The notes under the pieces are model-generated. The model did no database searches. It saw nothing but the letters and a program-made list of their open reading frames with translations, and was not told the DNA's origin. The translations under genes and the position numbers were made by a program. A stretch of DNA of 64,000 bases from an uncultured Pelagibacteraceae bacterium (GTDB lineage Bacteria > Pseudomonadota > Alphaproteobacteria > Pelagibacterales > Pelagibacteraceae). Every line of letters starts with the position of its first letter. The stretch's first letter is position 1. The stretch lies in the NCBI GenBank assembly GCA_902539035.1, contig CACBHL010000001.1, forward strand, positions 30,144-94,143. Reading direction: 5' to 3'. Positions 9,928 through 22,278 of the stretch are shown here, one piece after another.

Positions 9928-11481
9928 GTGCTTTATTTTTCTAAGTTACGAATAGTTTTTATAACTATTTTTTCTTTTTTATTTGTTCTAATTGCTTCAT
10001 CAAATTTGTTTAAGTTTGATGACAGTTTTTTTGATAAGAAAATTAATCTAGGTTTAGATCTTCAGGGTGGTTCTTACTTATTACTTGAAATTGATAATGA
10101 GCCTGTAATCGAGCAAAAATTACAGAATTTAACCACTACATTTAGAAATTTTTTTAAAAATAAAGATATTAAACTAAATAATATAAAAATAGACGATCAA
10201 AATATTTTTTTCAATGTAACTGAAGAAAATAAGCAAAAAGTTATAGATATTTTCCAAGATGAAAATAGTGAAATTAATCCTTATTATCCAAGATTTAAAT
10301 CACACCAATTAGAAATTGAAGATCTAGGACTAAATTTAAAAATTAATTTTTCACGTCAAGGTCTAATTAATCTAAAAACTTCCTCTCAGGATCAAGCTAT
10401 TGAAATTGTAAGAAGAAGAGTTGATGAGGTAGGAACTAATGAGCCAAATATTTTAAAGAGGGGTAACAGCAGAATTTTAGTAGAACTTCCTGGTTTAGAT
10501 GATCCAATGAGAATTAAATCTCTTTTAGGTAAAACTGCCAACCTGACATTTAGGTTTGTAACTCAGAATGCTGATGAAAGATTTGGGGTAGAGAAATTAG
10601 AGTACGAGGATGGTACACCAGCAGTGAATGTGAGTAAAAGAATTATTATTAGTGGAGAAAACCTTTTAGATGCCCAGCCAAAGATGGATACGCAGAATAA
10701 TCAAACAATTGTTTCTTTCACATTAGATAGAGTGGGGGCAAAAAGATTTGGAAAGGCAACTTCAGCAGGTATAGGGAAACAATTGGCTATAGTATTAGAT
10801 GGTAAAATAATAAGTGCTCCAGTAGTAAGGGATACTATTGCTAGTGGGGCGGGGCAAATAAGTGGTGGTTTTACCTTTCAATCAGCAACAGATCTAGCTT
10901 TACTATTAAGATCTGGTGCATTACCGGCTCCTTTAGAAATTATAGAAGAGAGAACTGTTGGCCCTGATCTTGGACAAGACTCTATTAATGCAGGAATGAT
11001 AGCATTGATGATTGGTTTTTTATTAGTGATAATTTTTATGTTTGTTAAGTATAGATTTTTTGGTTTGATAACAAACGTTACATTAATAATTAATTTATTT
11101 ATTCTTTTAGGTATTCTTACTTTATTTGAAGCGACCTTAACTTTACCAGGGATAGCAGGAATAATTTTGACTGTTGGAATGGCTGTTGATGCTAATGTTT
11201 TGATTTTTGAGAGAATTAAAGAAGAGCTTAAGGACGAGAAGAACAATATTTTAGCTTTTGATGGTGGTTATACTAAATCTAGAACTGCAATAATTGATGC
11301 TAATATTACAACTTTATTAGCTGCTGTAATTCTGTTTTTCATGGGATCAGGACCAGTTAAAGGCTTTGCTGTAACCTTAGGGGTTGGGATATTTACAACT
11401 TTGTTTTCAGTTTATTTTATCGCTAGATTATTCACTAGTCTTTATGTAACTAAAAACAAAAATAATGGGAAACTGATTTAA
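9928..11481 (+). CDS. secD: Protein translocase subunit SecD
   Basis: LGLDLQGG, LRSGALPAP, GMAVDANVLIFERI. Confidence 0.96.
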   Translation: MLYFSKLRIVFITIFSFLFVLIASSNLFKFDDSFFDKKINLGLDLQGGSYLLLEIDNEPVIEQKLQNLTTTFRNFFKNKDIKLNNIKIDDQNIFFNVTEENKQKVIDIFQDENSEINPYYPRFKSHQLEIEDLGLNLKINFSRQGLINLKTSSQDQAIEIVRRRVDEVGTNEPNILKRGNSRILVELPGLDDPMRIKSLLGKTANLTFRFVTQNADERFGVEKLEYEDGTPAVNVSKRIIISGENLLDAQPKMDTQNNQTIVSFTLDRVGAKRFGKATSAGIGKQLAIVLDGKIISAPVVRDTIASGAGQISGGFTFQSATDLALLLRSGALPAPLEIIEERTVGPDLGQDSINAGMIALMIGFLLVIIFMFVKYRFFGLITNVTLIINLFILLGILTLFEATLTLPGIAGIILTVGMAVDANVLIFERIKEELKDEKNNILAFDGGYTKSRTAIIDANITTLLAAVILFFMGSGPVKGFAVTLGVGIFTTLFSVYFIARLFTSLYVTKNKNNGKLI

Positions 11482-12371
11482 TGATTGCATTTAATAAATA
11501 CTATAATCATTTTAATGTCTTATCTAGCGCCTTAATTGTAATTTCACTTCTTTTACTAATTTTTAAAGGTCTTAATTTCGGTATAGATTTTAAAGGTGGA
11601 ACTTTAATCGAGTTAAGATCTAATGATACAAAAATAAACGTAAGCTCACTTCGTGATAAATTTAGTCAAATGAACTTAGGTGATGTCTCAGTTAAAAAAT
11701 TTGGTTCAGATAATGATTTTTTAATTAAATTTGAAAATAAAGATAATAAGAAAAATATAATTGAGGAGATTAAGGTAAATCTTGATAAGTCATTTGGTAA
11801 TAACTATGATTTTAGAAGAGTTGAAAATGTGGGACCAAAAGTAAGTGCTGAATTATTAAAATCTGGTGTAATTGCAATTTCCTTATCACTTGCAATAATG
11901 CTTATTTATATTTGGGTTAGGTTTGAATGGCAGTTTAGTCTTGGAGCTATTTTGGCTCTATTTCATGATGTTATTGTTACTCTTGGTGTATTTTCACTGT
12001 TCAGTTTAGAGATCAACTTATCAATTATTGCTGCAGTTTTGACTATTGTAGGTTATTCAATGAATGACACTGTTGTAATATTTGATCGTGTAAGAGAAAA
12101 TTTAAGAAAATATTCAGATATAAAAATCTTTGAACTAACAAATATTTCAATTAATGAAACTTTATCTAGAACAATTATTACTTCAGCAACAACTTTACTT
12201 GCATTACTTGCAATATATTTTTTTGGTGGTGAAATCTTAAAAGGATTTTCGCTAGCTATGATTTTAGGAGTTGTTTTTGGAACTTATTCATCAATTTATA
12301 TAGCCAATACTGTATTGGTAAGACTTAGAGTTTCTCAAAAAACTGTCTTAAGAGAGGACGATAGTAAATAA
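11481..12371 (+). CDS. secF: Protein translocase subunit SecF
   Basis: GIDFKGG, GYSMNDTVVIFDRVRE. Confidence 0.96.
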   Translation: MIAFNKYYNHFNVLSSALIVISLLLLIFKGLNFGIDFKGGTLIELRSNDTKINVSSLRDKFSQMNLGDVSVKKFGSDNDFLIKFENKDNKKNIIEEIKVNLDKSFGNNYDFRRVENVGPKVSAELLKSGVIAISLSLAIMLIYIWVRFEWQFSLGAILALFHDVIVTLGVFSLFSLEINLSIIAAVLTIVGYSMNDTVVIFDRVRENLRKYSDIKIFELTNISINETLSRTIITSATTLLALLAIYFFGGEILKGFSLAMILGVVFGTYSSIYIANTVLVRLRVSQKTVLREDDSK

Positions 12372-12372
12372 A

Positions 12373-12975
12373 TTAATAAATATTCTGTGCTGCTACCATC
12401 GTTAGTAACATTGGTAGAGAAAGTAGAGTATTTGTTCTAGAGAACAACATTGCTGTTTTAGCAGACTTTGCTTTTGTTTCAGGATCAGTTTCAACAATAC
12501 CTAATGCTCTTTTTTGATTTGGCCATATTACAAACCAAACGTTAAATGCCATTATAAGACCTAACCACATTCCAATTCCTATTGCAGTGTGTTTTGGAAT
12601 TCCGGAACCAATACTGAAAGTCATTGCATCATGCAGATAACCATTTAACCAAGCTAGAATTAATCCAGATAAAACAGTAAAAGCTGCAGCCCATCTAAAA
12701 TAAAATAAAGCTGCTGGAGCAATTACTTTTCCAATTGCAGGCTTTTGTTCATCTGGAATTTTAGCCATGTTTGGGATTTGAACAAAATTAAAATACCAAA
12801 GTAATCCAATCCACATTATTGCGACTACTACATGTATAAATCTAAATAACCAACTCCAAAACAACGTATCAAATGCAATGCCTTCATTGTGAAAAAACAT
12901 TCCTACAAACAAAATTATAGCTATTGCAAGGGAAGCATGTATTGTTTTAGGTAAAGAAGATAATAAATTACTCAT
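12373..12975 (-). CDS. Urate hydroxylase PuuD-family membrane protein (no cytochrome c domain)
   Basis: RFIHVVVAIMWIGLLWYFN, NVWFVIWPNQ, SRTNTLLSLP motifs; no CxxCH. Confidence 0.75.
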   Translation of the reverse strand: MSNLLSSLPKTIHASLAIAIILFVGMFFHNEGIAFDTLFWSWLFRFIHVVVAIMWIGLLWYFNFVQIPNMAKIPDEQKPAIGKVIAPAALFYFRWAAAFTVLSGLILAWLNGYLHDAMTFSIGSGIPKHTAIGIGMWLGLIMAFNVWFVIWPNQKRALGIVETDPETKAKSAKTAMLFSRTNTLLSLPMLLTMVAAQNIY

Positions 12976-13024
12976 GATTCTTAATTTTATACACTAAATT
13001 TTGTTAATTTTTAAGTTTTTATAT

Positions 13025-15877
13025 TTAATTTAGTAAAGGCTTTAAAAATTGACCAGTGTAACTCTCTTTAATTTTCGACACTTCTTCAGGTTTACCCTCT
13101 GCGATAATTTTACCACCCTTTACGCCGCCCTCGGGACCCATATCAACTATATAATCAGCTGTCTTTATAACATCCAAATTATGCTCAATTACAACAACTG
13201 TGTTACCAAGTTTTACAAATGTATGAAGAATTTCTAAAAGCTTTTTAATATCGTGTTGATGTAAACCAGTTGTTGGTTCATCTAAAATATACATTGTTCT
13301 TCCTGTAGATCTTTTTGACAACTCTTTCGCAAGCTTAATTCGTTGTGCTTCACCACCTGACAGAGTTGTTGCTTGCTGACCGATCTTAATATAGCCCAAT
13401 CCAACTTTTTTTAATGTTAGTAATTTTGTTTTAATATTTGATATATTTTCAAAATATTCACAACCTTCATCAACAGACATATCCAAAACGTCTGCAATAC
13501 TTTTACCTTTAAATTTAATTTCTAAAGTTTCTCTATTATATCTCGTGCCTTTGCACTCATCACATTGAATATAAACATCTGGTAAGAAATGCATTTCATA
13601 CGTAATTACACCATCACCTTCACAAGCCTCGCATCTACCACCTCTAACATTAAATGAAAAACGTCCTGGTTTATAACCTCTTGTTTTAGACTCTGGTAAA
13701 CTTGTAAACCAATCTCTAATTGGACCAAATGCACCAGTATATGTAGCTGGATTAGATCTTGGTGTTCTTCCTATGGGTGATTGGTCTATGTCAATAATTT
13801 TATCAATTAATTCAACACCTTTATAACCTTTAAAAGCCTTTGGAGCTTTTTTAGCTTTATTGTTAAGTGTCAAATTCAAAGCATGGAATAGTGTTTGTAA
13901 TATTAGTGTAGATTTTCCACTACCTGATACCCCAGTAACACAAGTGAAGGTTCCTGTTGGAATTTTAAGATTTACATTATTTAAGTTATTCCCTGATGCA
14001 CCATTTATTTCAACAAACCTTCCATTTTTAGCTAATCTTCTTGTATTTGGAATATCTATTTTCTTTTTATTAGCAAGATATTGTCCTGTGATACTATTTT
14101 TATCTTTTTTAATCTCATCATATGTACCTTGTGAGGATATTTGACCACCATTCGTTCCTGCCTCTGGTCCTAAATCTATAATATGATCTGCATTTTCCAT
14201 AGTTTCAGTATCATGTTCCACAACTATTACGGTGTTACCTAAATCTCTTAATCTTTTAAGTGCATTAATAAGTTTAACATTATCTTTTTGATGTAAACCA
14301 ATCGATGGCTCGTCTAAAACGTAAAGAACACCAGTTAATCCTGAACCTATTTGAGAGGCCAATCTTATTCTTTGAGCCTCACCACCAGATAATGTTCCAG
14401 ACTCCCTAGAAAGAGTTAAATAATCTAAGCCTACATTTAATAAAAAATTTAACCTTTCATTTATTTCCTTTAATACATGTTCTGCAATTTTAAATTGCCT
14501 TTTGTCTATATGATTTACTAAATCTTTAAACCACTCAGCTGCATCAAATATTGACTTTTTTGTTACTTCGCTAATATTCAGGTTGTTAATTTTTACACAT
14601 AATGCCTCTTCTTTTAAACGATCTCCATTACATGCCTCGCAGGCAGTATCAGATTGATATTCAGCTATAGCTTCTCTTTTCCACTCGCTATCAGACTCTA
14701 AAAATCTTCTTTCAAGGTTATTTATTACACCTTCAAACGTTTTTTTATAAGAATATTTTTCGTAACCATCGTCATAATTAAATTTAATTTCATCTTCATC
14801 TGATCCATAAAGAACAATATCTTTTATTTTTTTTGGGAGTTTTTTCCATTTTTCATCTAAAGAAAAGCCATAATGTTTAGCTAGTGATGATAGTGTTTGA
14901 GCATAATACAAGGTAGTAGATTTTGACCAAGGTTCTATAGCACCATCAGCAAGACTTTTTCTTTCATCAGGTACAACAAGATTTGGATCCACATTTAATT
15001 TCATACCAATACCTTCACACTCTTCACATGCACCGTAAGGACTATTAAATGAGAATAATCTTGGTTCTATTTCTTCAATTGTAAACCCACTTTCAGGACA
15101 AGCAAATTTTGTTGAATAAATTAACTTTTCTACTTTTCTATGCTTTTGAGGCAATGTTTCATCTTCATATTCGACAAAAACTAATCCGTTTGCAAGATTA
15201 ATGGCCGTCTCAATGCTTTCGGCCAGTCTATTTCCTAACTTTGAATTTAAAACAATTCTATCAACCAAAACCGATATATCGTGTTTAAGTTTTTTGTCTA
15301 GATTAGGAGATTTTTCAATATCATATAAAACGTTATCGATTTTAATTTTTCTAAAACCTCTTCGTTTATAACTTAAAATATCTTTTCTATATTCACCTTT
15401 ACGACCTCTTACTACAGGGGCGTATATGTAAATAGTTGACTTTTTTGGCAGTTTTTTAATTAAATCTACTATTTGAGTAATAGTCTGTGAAGTAATTGGT
15501 TTACCGGTAAATGGTGAATAGGGAATACCTGCTCTTGCATAGAGTACTCTCATATAATCGTAAATTTCTGTAACTGTTGCAACTGTAGATCTAGGGTTCT
15601 TTGAAGTATTTTTTTGTTCAATAGCAATTGCAGGACTTAATCCTTCGATAAGATCAACATTTGGCTTTTTCATTTTATCTAAAAACTGTCTTGCATACGC
15701 AGATAAACTTTCAACGTATCTTCGTTGTCCCTCGGCATAAATAGTATCGAATGCTAAAGATGATTTTCCTGAACCAGAGAGACCTGTAATTACAACAAAT
15801 TTATCTTTAGGTATCTCAACAGAAACATTCTTCAAATTATGTTCTTTAGCACCCTTAATAACTATCTTTTTCATCAT
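13025..15877 (-). CDS. uvrA: Excinuclease ABC subunit A
   Basis: Two ABC cassettes ([18 protein letters not shown]), two LSGGEAQRI signatures. Confidence 0.98.
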   Translation of the reverse strand: MMKKIVIKGAKEHNLKNVSVEIPKDKFVVITGLSGSGKSSLAFDTIYAEGQRRYVESLSAYARQFLDKMKKPNVDLIEGLSPAIAIEQKNTSKNPRSTVATVTEIYDYMRVLYARAGIPYSPFTGKPITSQTITQIVDLIKKLPKKSTIYIYAPVVRGRKGEYRKDILSYKRRGFRKIKIDNVLYDIEKSPNLDKKLKHDISVLVDRIVLNSKLGNRLAESIETAINLANGLVFVEYEDETLPQKHRKVEKLIYSTKFACPESGFTIEEIEPRLFSFNSPYGACEECEGIGMKLNVDPNLVVPDERKSLADGAIEPWSKSTTLYYAQTLSSLAKHYGFSLDEKWKKLPKKIKDIVLYGSDEDEIKFNYDDGYEKYSYKKTFEGVINNLERRFLESDSEWKREAIAEYQSDTACEACNGDRLKEEALCVKINNLNISEVTKKSIFDAAEWFKDLVNHIDKRQFKIAEHVLKEINERLNFLLNVGLDYLTLSRESGTLSGGEAQRIRLASQIGSGLTGVLYVLDEPSIGLHQKDNVKLINALKRLRDLGNTVIVVEHDTETMENADHIIDLGPEAGTNGGQISSQGTYDEIKKDKNSITGQYLANKKKIDIPNTRRLAKNGRFVEINGASGNNLNNVNLKIPTGTFTCVTGVSGSGKSTLILQTLFHALNLTLNNKAKKAPKAFKGYKGVELIDKIIDIDQSPIGRTPRSNPATYTGAFGPIRDWFTSLPESKTRGYKPGRFSFNVRGGRCEACEGDGVITYEMHFLPDVYIQCDECKGTRYNRETLEIKFKGKSIADVLDMSVDEGCEYFENISNIKTKLLTLKKVGLGYIKIGQQATTLSGGEAQRIKLAKELSKRSTGRTMYILDEPTTGLHQHDIKKLLEILHTFVKLGNTVVVIEHNLDVIKTADYIVDMGPEGGVKGGKIIAEGKPEEVSKIKESYTGQFLKPLLN

Positions 15878-15966
15878 AATTTTTGTTGCTTTGAATTAAT
15901 AAAATTAATATTCAGAAGAATTGTGGTATAAATCTAATTAATTAAATAAACAAATATAAAAATATT

Positions 15967-16416
15967 ATGGCTGGAAGTTTAAATAAAGTGTTATTAATTG
16001 GTCGTTTGGGCGCAGATCCCGAAATCAAACAAATGGTGAATGGCAAGAGTGTAGCAAGATTAAGTCTTGCAACTAGTCAATCTTGGAAAGACAAAAATAC
16101 AGGAGAAAAAAAAGAAAAAACTGAATGGCACCGTATAGTTGTATTTAATGAAGGACTTGTAAACGTAGTCCAACAGTATCTTAAAAAAGGTGCTCAAATT
16201 TATGTAGAGGGTCAAATTACAACAAGAAAATGGAAAGATGAACAATCTGGTCAGGATAAATTTTCTACCGAAGTAGTTATTCAAGGATATAATTCTTCAT
16301 TAACAATGTTAGGTGGTGGTAATGGTGGTGGCATTCAAAATGATCCCAATCCACAAAATAATATGGAGGACACTTCACAAATATCTAACGATATGGACGA
16401 TGAAATTCCTTTTTAA
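15967..16416 (+). CDS. ssb: Single-stranded DNA-binding protein
   Basis: [21 protein letters not shown], acidic tail DDEIPF. Confidence 0.97.
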   Translation: MAGSLNKVLLIGRLGADPEIKQMVNGKSVARLSLATSQSWKDKNTGEKKEKTEWHRIVVFNEGLVNVVQQYLKKGAQIYVEGQITTRKWKDEQSGQDKFSTEVVIQGYNSSLTMLGGGNGGGIQNDPNPQNNMEDTSQISNDMDDEIPF

Positions 16417-16421
16417 TTTCT

Positions 16422-19001
16422 ATGCAAAAATCTGAAGAGCCAAAAGATAATAATATTAAACTAATCTCAATGCATGATGAGATGAGCTCATCATATCTTT
16501 CTTATGCAATGAGCGTCATAGTAAGTCGTGCTCTACCAGATATTAGAGACGGACTTAAACCTGTTCATCGTAGAATTTTATATGCGATGTACAAAGGTGG
16601 TTATGATTGGTCAAAACAATTTAGAAAATCTGCAAGAATAGTTGGAGACGTTATTGGTAAATATCATCCACATGGAGATCAATCTGTTTATGATGCTTTA
16701 GTTAGAATGGTACAAGATTTTTCAATGAGCTTACCTTTGGTTCAGGGTCAAGGAAACTTCGGTTCTATTGATGGGGATCCTGCTGCAGCTATGAGATATA
16801 CAGAAACACGTCTATCAAAAGTTTCTCAATTTTTAATTGATGATATCGAAAAAAATACAATTTCTTTTAAAAGCAACTATGATGAAACAGAAAAAGAGCC
16901 GAGTGTTTTACCTGCACAATTTCCAAATTTATTAGTAAATGGTGCTGGTGGTATTGCTGTTGGTATGGCAACTAGTATTCCCCCACATAATTTAGGTGAA
17001 ATAATAGATGGAACTTTGGCACTTATAGGTGACAAAGATATTAAAATTAAAGAATTGATGAAACATATTCCTGGACCAGATTTTCCTACAGGAGGTGTAA
17101 TTATAGGAAAAGATATTATCAAACAAGGTTATAATAATGGCAGAGGCTCTTTTAAGATTAGGGGTGAGGTTTCAATTGAACAACAAAAAAATGGTCGTGA
17201 AAGATTAGTAATTACTTCAATCCCCTATCAGGTTAACAAGTCTGTTTTAAATGAGAGAATTGCGCAGCTAGTTAGAGAAAAAAAAATTGAGGGAATAAAA
17301 GATATAAGGGATGAGTCTAACAGAGAAGGAATAAGAGTCGCTATTGATTTAAGAAATGGTGTAGAGCCAGAAACGATTAAAAGACAACTTTATAAAAACA
17401 CTCAGATAGAGAGTTCTTTTGGATTTAATACTTTAGCTATTGTTGAAGGTAAACCTAAAACTTGCACTCTTAAAGATTTCTTATCAAATTTTTTATCCTT
17501 TAGGGAAGATGTTGTAATTAAAAAAACTAAATACGATTTACAAAAAGCAGAAGAGCGGGCTCATATCTTAATTGGTTTGTCAGTCTCTGTAGAAAATTTA
17601 GATAAAATTATCAAAATAATCAGGTCTTCAAAAACCCCTGATGATGCAAAAGTATCTATATTAAAAACTAAGTGGAAAATTAATAAATCACAAAAATTAA
17701 TATCATTAGTAGAAGGCAAGAAAGGTAAAAACTTATATTCGTTATCTGATCCACAAGTTTTAGCCATTTTAGAGCTAAGACTACAAAAATTAACAGCACT
17801 TGGGATAAATGAAATTGAAGTTGAAATTAAAAAACTAGCTGAATTGATTGCTAAATTTAAAAAAATTATATCTTCAAAAAAAGAGTTGTTAAAAGTTATC
17901 AGTGAAGAACTTAAAAATATCAAAGAAAAATTTGCTGTGCCAAGAAGAACTAAAATTATTGATGCTGTTTTAAATTACGATATTGAGGAAACAATTCAAA
18001 AACAATCCGTAATCATCACAGTTACACTTCAAGGTTACATTAAAAGGGGTTCTTTAGATGGTGTTAAAAAGCAAAAAAGAGGTGGTAAAGGTAAATCTGG
18101 AATTACAACTAGAGATCAAGACTCCGTTATACAAACATTATCTGTAAATACACATACCTCTGTTATGTTTTTTTCTACAGAAGGATTGGTTTATAAGGTA
18201 AAAGCATGGAAAATACCTGAGGGATCATCTTCGTCAAAAGGAAAATCTTTGTTTAATATTTTACCTTTAAAGAGCCATCAAGCAATTAGCTCAATTATGC
18301 CAATGCCTGAGGATGAAACAGACTCTAAAAACTATCAAATAATTTTTGCCACAGCACTCGGAAAAGTTAGAAAAAATAGTTTAGATGATTTTTCCTCGAT
18401 TAATGCATCAGGAAAAATTGCCATGAAATTAGATAGTAACGACAAGATAGTAGGGGTTAAAATCTGCAAAGATGATCAAGATATAATACTCAGCACAAAA
18501 TTTGGCAAATGTATAAGATTTGAGGCAAAAAAATTGAGAGTTTTTAAAGGAAGATCGTCGAAAGGTATCAAAGGAATTGAACTATCAGCAAATGATCAAA
18601 TAGTTTCTTTATCTGTTATTGATAGTGATAAAATAAAAAAAAATGGAAAAAAATCTAAAGATGAAAAATCTGAATTAAATGCAAAAGAAAAGTTTGTTTT
18701 ATCGATTAGTGAAAATGGATTTGGTAAAAAAACCTCTCATTTTGACTATAGAGTTACAAATCGTGGTGGCAAAGGCATTATCGGAATTGTAAATTCACCA
18801 AGAAATGGAAATATTACATCCTCTTTTCCAGTTTATGAAGGAGATGAAATTTTAATATCAACTAACAAAGGTAGAGTTATAAGAGTTGCTGTTAAAGAAA
18901 TAAGAACTGCAGGAAGAAACACTCAAGGTGTTAGAATTATTAAATTATCTGGTGAAGAAAAAGTTGTATCTGCAATAAAAATAGATGATAACTTAATTTA
19001 A
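16422..19001 (+). CDS. gyrA: DNA gyrase subunit A
   Basis: [16 protein letters not shown], GyrA-box QKRGGKG. Confidence 0.97.
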   Translation: MQKSEEPKDNNIKLISMHDEMSSSYLSYAMSVIVSRALPDIRDGLKPVHRRILYAMYKGGYDWSKQFRKSARIVGDVIGKYHPHGDQSVYDALVRMVQDFSMSLPLVQGQGNFGSIDGDPAAAMRYTETRLSKVSQFLIDDIEKNTISFKSNYDETEKEPSVLPAQFPNLLVNGAGGIAVGMATSIPPHNLGEIIDGTLALIGDKDIKIKELMKHIPGPDFPTGGVIIGKDIIKQGYNNGRGSFKIRGEVSIEQQKNGRERLVITSIPYQVNKSVLNERIAQLVREKKIEGIKDIRDESNREGIRVAIDLRNGVEPETIKRQLYKNTQIESSFGFNTLAIVEGKPKTCTLKDFLSNFLSFREDVVIKKTKYDLQKAEERAHILIGLSVSVENLDKIIKIIRSSKTPDDAKVSILKTKWKINKSQKLISLVEGKKGKNLYSLSDPQVLAILELRLQKLTALGINEIEVEIKKLAELIAKFKKIISSKKELLKVISEELKNIKEKFAVPRRTKIIDAVLNYDIEETIQKQSVIITVTLQGYIKRGSLDGVKKQKRGGKGKSGITTRDQDSVIQTLSVNTHTSVMFFSTEGLVYKVKAWKIPEGSSSSKGKSLFNILPLKSHQAISSIMPMPEDETDSKNYQIIFATALGKVRKNSLDDFSSINASGKIAMKLDSNDKIVGVKICKDDQDIILSTKFGKCIRFEAKKLRVFKGRSSKGIKGIELSANDQIVSLSVIDSDKIKKNGKKSKDEKSELNAKEKFVLSISENGFGKKTSHFDYRVTNRGGKGIIGIVNSPRNGNITSSFPVYEGDEILISTNKGRVIRVAVKEIRTAGRNTQGVRIIKLSGEEKVVSAIKIDDNLI

Positions 19002-19495
19002 TGAGTAAAATAGCTGTATATCCTGGCACATTTGATCCTATCACTTATGGTCACATAGATGTAATAAAAAAAGCCCTGAAATTATTTGGTAAGATTGTAG
19101 TTGGTGTATCAGATGTTAGTAGTAAAAATTATTTATTTAGTTCAGAAGAGAGAATAGATATAGTTAATAAAGCTTTATTTAAGGACCTAAAACTTAATAA
19201 AAAAAAAATTACAGTAGTGTCTTTTAGCTCATTAACCACTGATTTATGTAAAAGATATAAATCAAACATTATCCTAAGAGGTTTAAGAGCTGTATCTGAT
19301 TTTGAGTACGAATTCCAATTAGCTGGAATGAATAGAAAATTAAATCAAAATATAGAAACCATTTTTTTAATGTCGGACGTTGAAAATCAGATTATCTCAT
19401 CTAGATTTGTTAAAGAGATTGTAAAATTAAATGGAGACATTAAAAAATTCACTACCAAGAGTACTATTAAATCTTTAAAAGAAAAATATGAGTAG
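19001..19495 (+). CDS. coaD: Phosphopantetheine adenylyltransferase
   Basis: YPGTFDPITYGH, RGLRAVSDFEYE. Confidence 0.96.
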   Translation: MSKIAVYPGTFDPITYGHIDVIKKALKLFGKIVVGVSDVSSKNYLFSSEERIDIVNKALFKDLKLNKKKITVVSFSSLTTDLCKRYKSNIILRGLRAVSDFEYEFQLAGMNRKLNQNIETIFLMSDVENQIISSRFVKEIVKLNGDIKKFTTKSTIKSLKEKYE

Positions 19496-20048
19496 AATTT
19501 TAATTAACTTATTTATTTTATTTTTTTTTATTACTAATCAATCAATAGCTAAGGAGAATATAATGATTTTAAAATTAAAAGATGGGGATGTAAAAATAGA
19601 GTTATTTGAGGATGTGGCCCCAAATCACGTTAAGAGAATTAAAGAGCTAGCAAATGAAGGAAAATACGATAATGTTGTTTTTCATAGAGTTATTGATGGT
19701 TTCATGGCTCAAACTGGCGATGTAAAATTTGGTAATTCAGAGTCAAAGGATTTCGATTTAAGAAGAGCAGGAATGGGAGGATCTGACTTACCAGATTTGA
19801 AACAAGAATTTAGTAGTTTGCCTCATGATAGAGGAACTTTGTCTATGGCAAGATCATCGGATCCAAATAGTGCAAATAGTCAATTTTTTATTTGTTTTAA
19901 GCCAGCACCTTTCTTAGACAGACAATATACTGTTTTTGGTAAAGTGATAGAGGGAATGGATTTGGTGGACAAAATCAAAAGAGGTGATGAAAGTAATAAT
20001 GGATCTGTAACAGATCCTGATAAAATCATAAGCTTTAAATCACTATAA
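19488..20048 (+). CDS. Cyclophilin-type peptidyl-prolyl isomerase with signal peptide
   Basis: FHRVIDGFMAQTGD, SMAR, SANSQFFI. Confidence 0.94.
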   Translation: MSRILINLFILFFFITNQSIAKENIMILKLKDGDVKIELFEDVAPNHVKRIKELANEGKYDNVVFHRVIDGFMAQTGDVKFGNSESKDFDLRRAGMGGSDLPDLKQEFSSLPHDRGTLSMARSSDPNSANSQFFICFKPAPFLDRQYTVFGKVIEGMDLVDKIKRGDESNNGSVTDPDKIISFKSL

Positions 20049-20056
20049 TTTACTTA

Positions 20057-21169
20057 ATGGCATTAAAAAATTTTGCCTTTCAAATTTTAAAGAGAGATAA
20101 ATTTGCTAGATCTGGTGTAATAGAAACACATCGTGGAAATATAAATACACCAGCTTTTATGCCTGTAGGCACGCAAGCTACAGTAAAAGCTTGTACAATT
20201 GATGATATAAAAAAAACTGGTTCTCAAATAATTTTGTCTAACACTTATCATTTAATGATAAGACCTGGTGTAGAGCGAATTAAATCTTCAGGCGGGTTAC
20301 ATAAATTTATGAACTGTGATTTACCAATTTTAACAGACTCTGGTGGTTTTCAGGTAATGTCTCTTTCAAAACTAAATAAAATTGATCGTGAAAAAGGTGC
20401 CATCTTTAATTCACATATTGATGGAAAAAAATTTTATTTAAGCCCAGAGGAAAGTATAAAAATTCAATTAGGTTTAAATTCTGACATTGTTATGATTATG
20501 GATGAGTGCCCAAAAAAAACTAACGATTATGATTTAATTAATAAATCTATGAATCTTTCTCTATATTGGGCAGATAGATCTAAAAAGGCATTTGGTATTA
20601 ACCCACATAAAGCACTATTTGGTATTATTCAAGGAGGTCTATTTAAGGATTTAAGAATCAAGTCATTAAATGAATTAATAAATATTGGTTTTGATGGTTA
20701 TGCTGTAGGAGGACTTGCCGTAGGTGAAACCCAGAAGGAAATGTTTTCAGTTTTAGATGATATAAAAGAATATCTACCTTATGACAAACCTCATTATTTA
20801 ATGGGTGTAGGTACACCATCTGATATTCTTGGTGCCGTCAAACGTGGTGTTGATATGTTTGATTGTGTTCTGCCTACTAGATCCGGGAGAACAGGTCTTG
20901 CCTTCACCTGGGATGGAAGAATTAATATTAAAAACAATCAATATCAAAAAGATAATACTCCACTAGACCCCAATTGTGATAATTTAAATTTGAATAGATA
21001 TTCTAAAAATTACTTAAATCACCTTTTCAATACAAATGAAATACTCGCCTCAATGCTATTGACACTCCACAATATCAATTTTTATCAAGAATTAATGTCT
21101 TCTATCAGAGACAACATCGAGGCAGGTACATTCGATAAATTTCATGATAAATACATTGATAAGTTGTAG
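20057..21169 (+). CDS. tgt: tRNA-guanine transglycosylase
   Basis: TPAFMPVGT, TDSGGFQ, GGLAVGE, DMFDCV. Confidence 0.96.
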   Translation: MALKNFAFQILKRDKFARSGVIETHRGNINTPAFMPVGTQATVKACTIDDIKKTGSQIILSNTYHLMIRPGVERIKSSGGLHKFMNCDLPILTDSGGFQVMSLSKLNKIDREKGAIFNSHIDGKKFYLSPEESIKIQLGLNSDIVMIMDECPKKTNDYDLINKSMNLSLYWADRSKKAFGINPHKALFGIIQGGLFKDLRIKSLNELINIGFDGYAVGGLAVGETQKEMFSVLDDIKEYLPYDKPHYLMGVGTPSDILGAVKRGVDMFDCVLPTRSGRTGLAFTWDGRINIKNNQYQKDNTPLDPNCDNLNLNRYSKNYLNHLFNTNEILASMLLTLHNINFYQELMSSIRDNIEAGTFDKFHDKYIDKL

Positions 21170-21253
21170 TAGCTTTTTGATATATGCTTAAATTGACATT
21201 TGAAAAAATAAAATAAATCTATATATAACAAGCATTCAGTTTGAATAAATTGG

Positions 21254-21329
<76 letters not shown>

Positions 21330-21337
21330 TAATTCAC

Positions 21338-22165
21338 CTATACTGTTTTAATAGGTGGATAATCTAAAATGACTTCGTTTATTTTTTCATTTAAATCTTT
21401 AATTCTATTATCTGATGAAGGGTGGGTGCTCATAAATTCTGGGGGCTCTTTTCCTTTATTAAGTTTTTTCATTCTTTCCCAAATTTTGACTGTTTCTCTT
21501 ATGTCATACCCAGATAGAGACGAAAAAATCATACCTAAATAGTCCGCTTCACTTTCTTGTTTTCTATTAAAAGGATTTAAAATTCCTAGTTGGGCTAGTA
21601 AACCAACAGTGTTCATACCAGTTGTTCTATTGATATCTGAAAGTATTCCACCAGATGCAATATCAATTATTCTCGTTCCTACATTTAATAGTGTTCCTCT
21701 ACTAGCTCTTTCAACAGAATGTTTCGCAACAGCATGTGCAATCTCATGACCCATAACAGCCGCTAAACCATTAGTATTTTTTGTTGCCTCAAGAATACCT
21801 GTGTATACAGCAATCTTTCCACCTGGCATACACCATGCGTTTCTTACCTTTTTTTTATCTATTAAAATGTATTCCCAATTAAAATTTGCAGTAGGATCAT
21901 TTAAACCTTCTCGATCAAAATATTCAGATATAGAATTTTCCATTTTTCTTCCAATCTGTTTAATTTCATTAAGCGTTTTTTTATCGTCGCTCATTTTTTC
22001 TTTTTCTTTAATTTTTTCGTAAATTTGTGCTGCTTGAGCGTTAAGTTTGGCTTCAGAAACTATTTTTAATTGTTTTCTTTCGGTAATTGGAGCAGTTGTA
22101 CAAGAGGGCAAGAAATATCCACAGCAGCTACAACCAACATAAGATAAAAATTTTCTTCTATTCAT
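21338..22165 (-). CDS. M48 family zinc metallopeptidase, probable Tat-exported lipoprotein
   Basis: NAWCMPGG, HEIAH, ESEAD, STHP; N-terminal RRKFL and LPSC lipobox-like motif. Confidence 0.9.
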   Translation of the reverse strand: MNRRKFLSYVGCSCCGYFLPSCTTAPITERKQLKIVSEAKLNAQAAQIYEKIKEKEKMSDDKKTLNEIKQIGRKMENSISEYFDREGLNDPTANFNWEYILIDKKKVRNAWCMPGGKIAVYTGILEATKNTNGLAAVMGHEIAHAVAKHSVERASRGTLLNVGTRIIDIASGGILSDINRTTGMNTVGLLAQLGILNPFNRKQESEADYLGMIFSSLSGYDIRETVKIWERMKKLNKGKEPPEFMSTHPSSDNRIKDLNEKINEVILDYPPIKTV

Positions 22166-22278
22166 AAGTGTATAAAATTGATAATACTAAAATATTATGA
22201 ATCTCAATAACAAAATTTTAATTGTTTTATTTATCATTGCAATTATTTTTGTTATTTACGCAAGTTATAAATAGAAAT

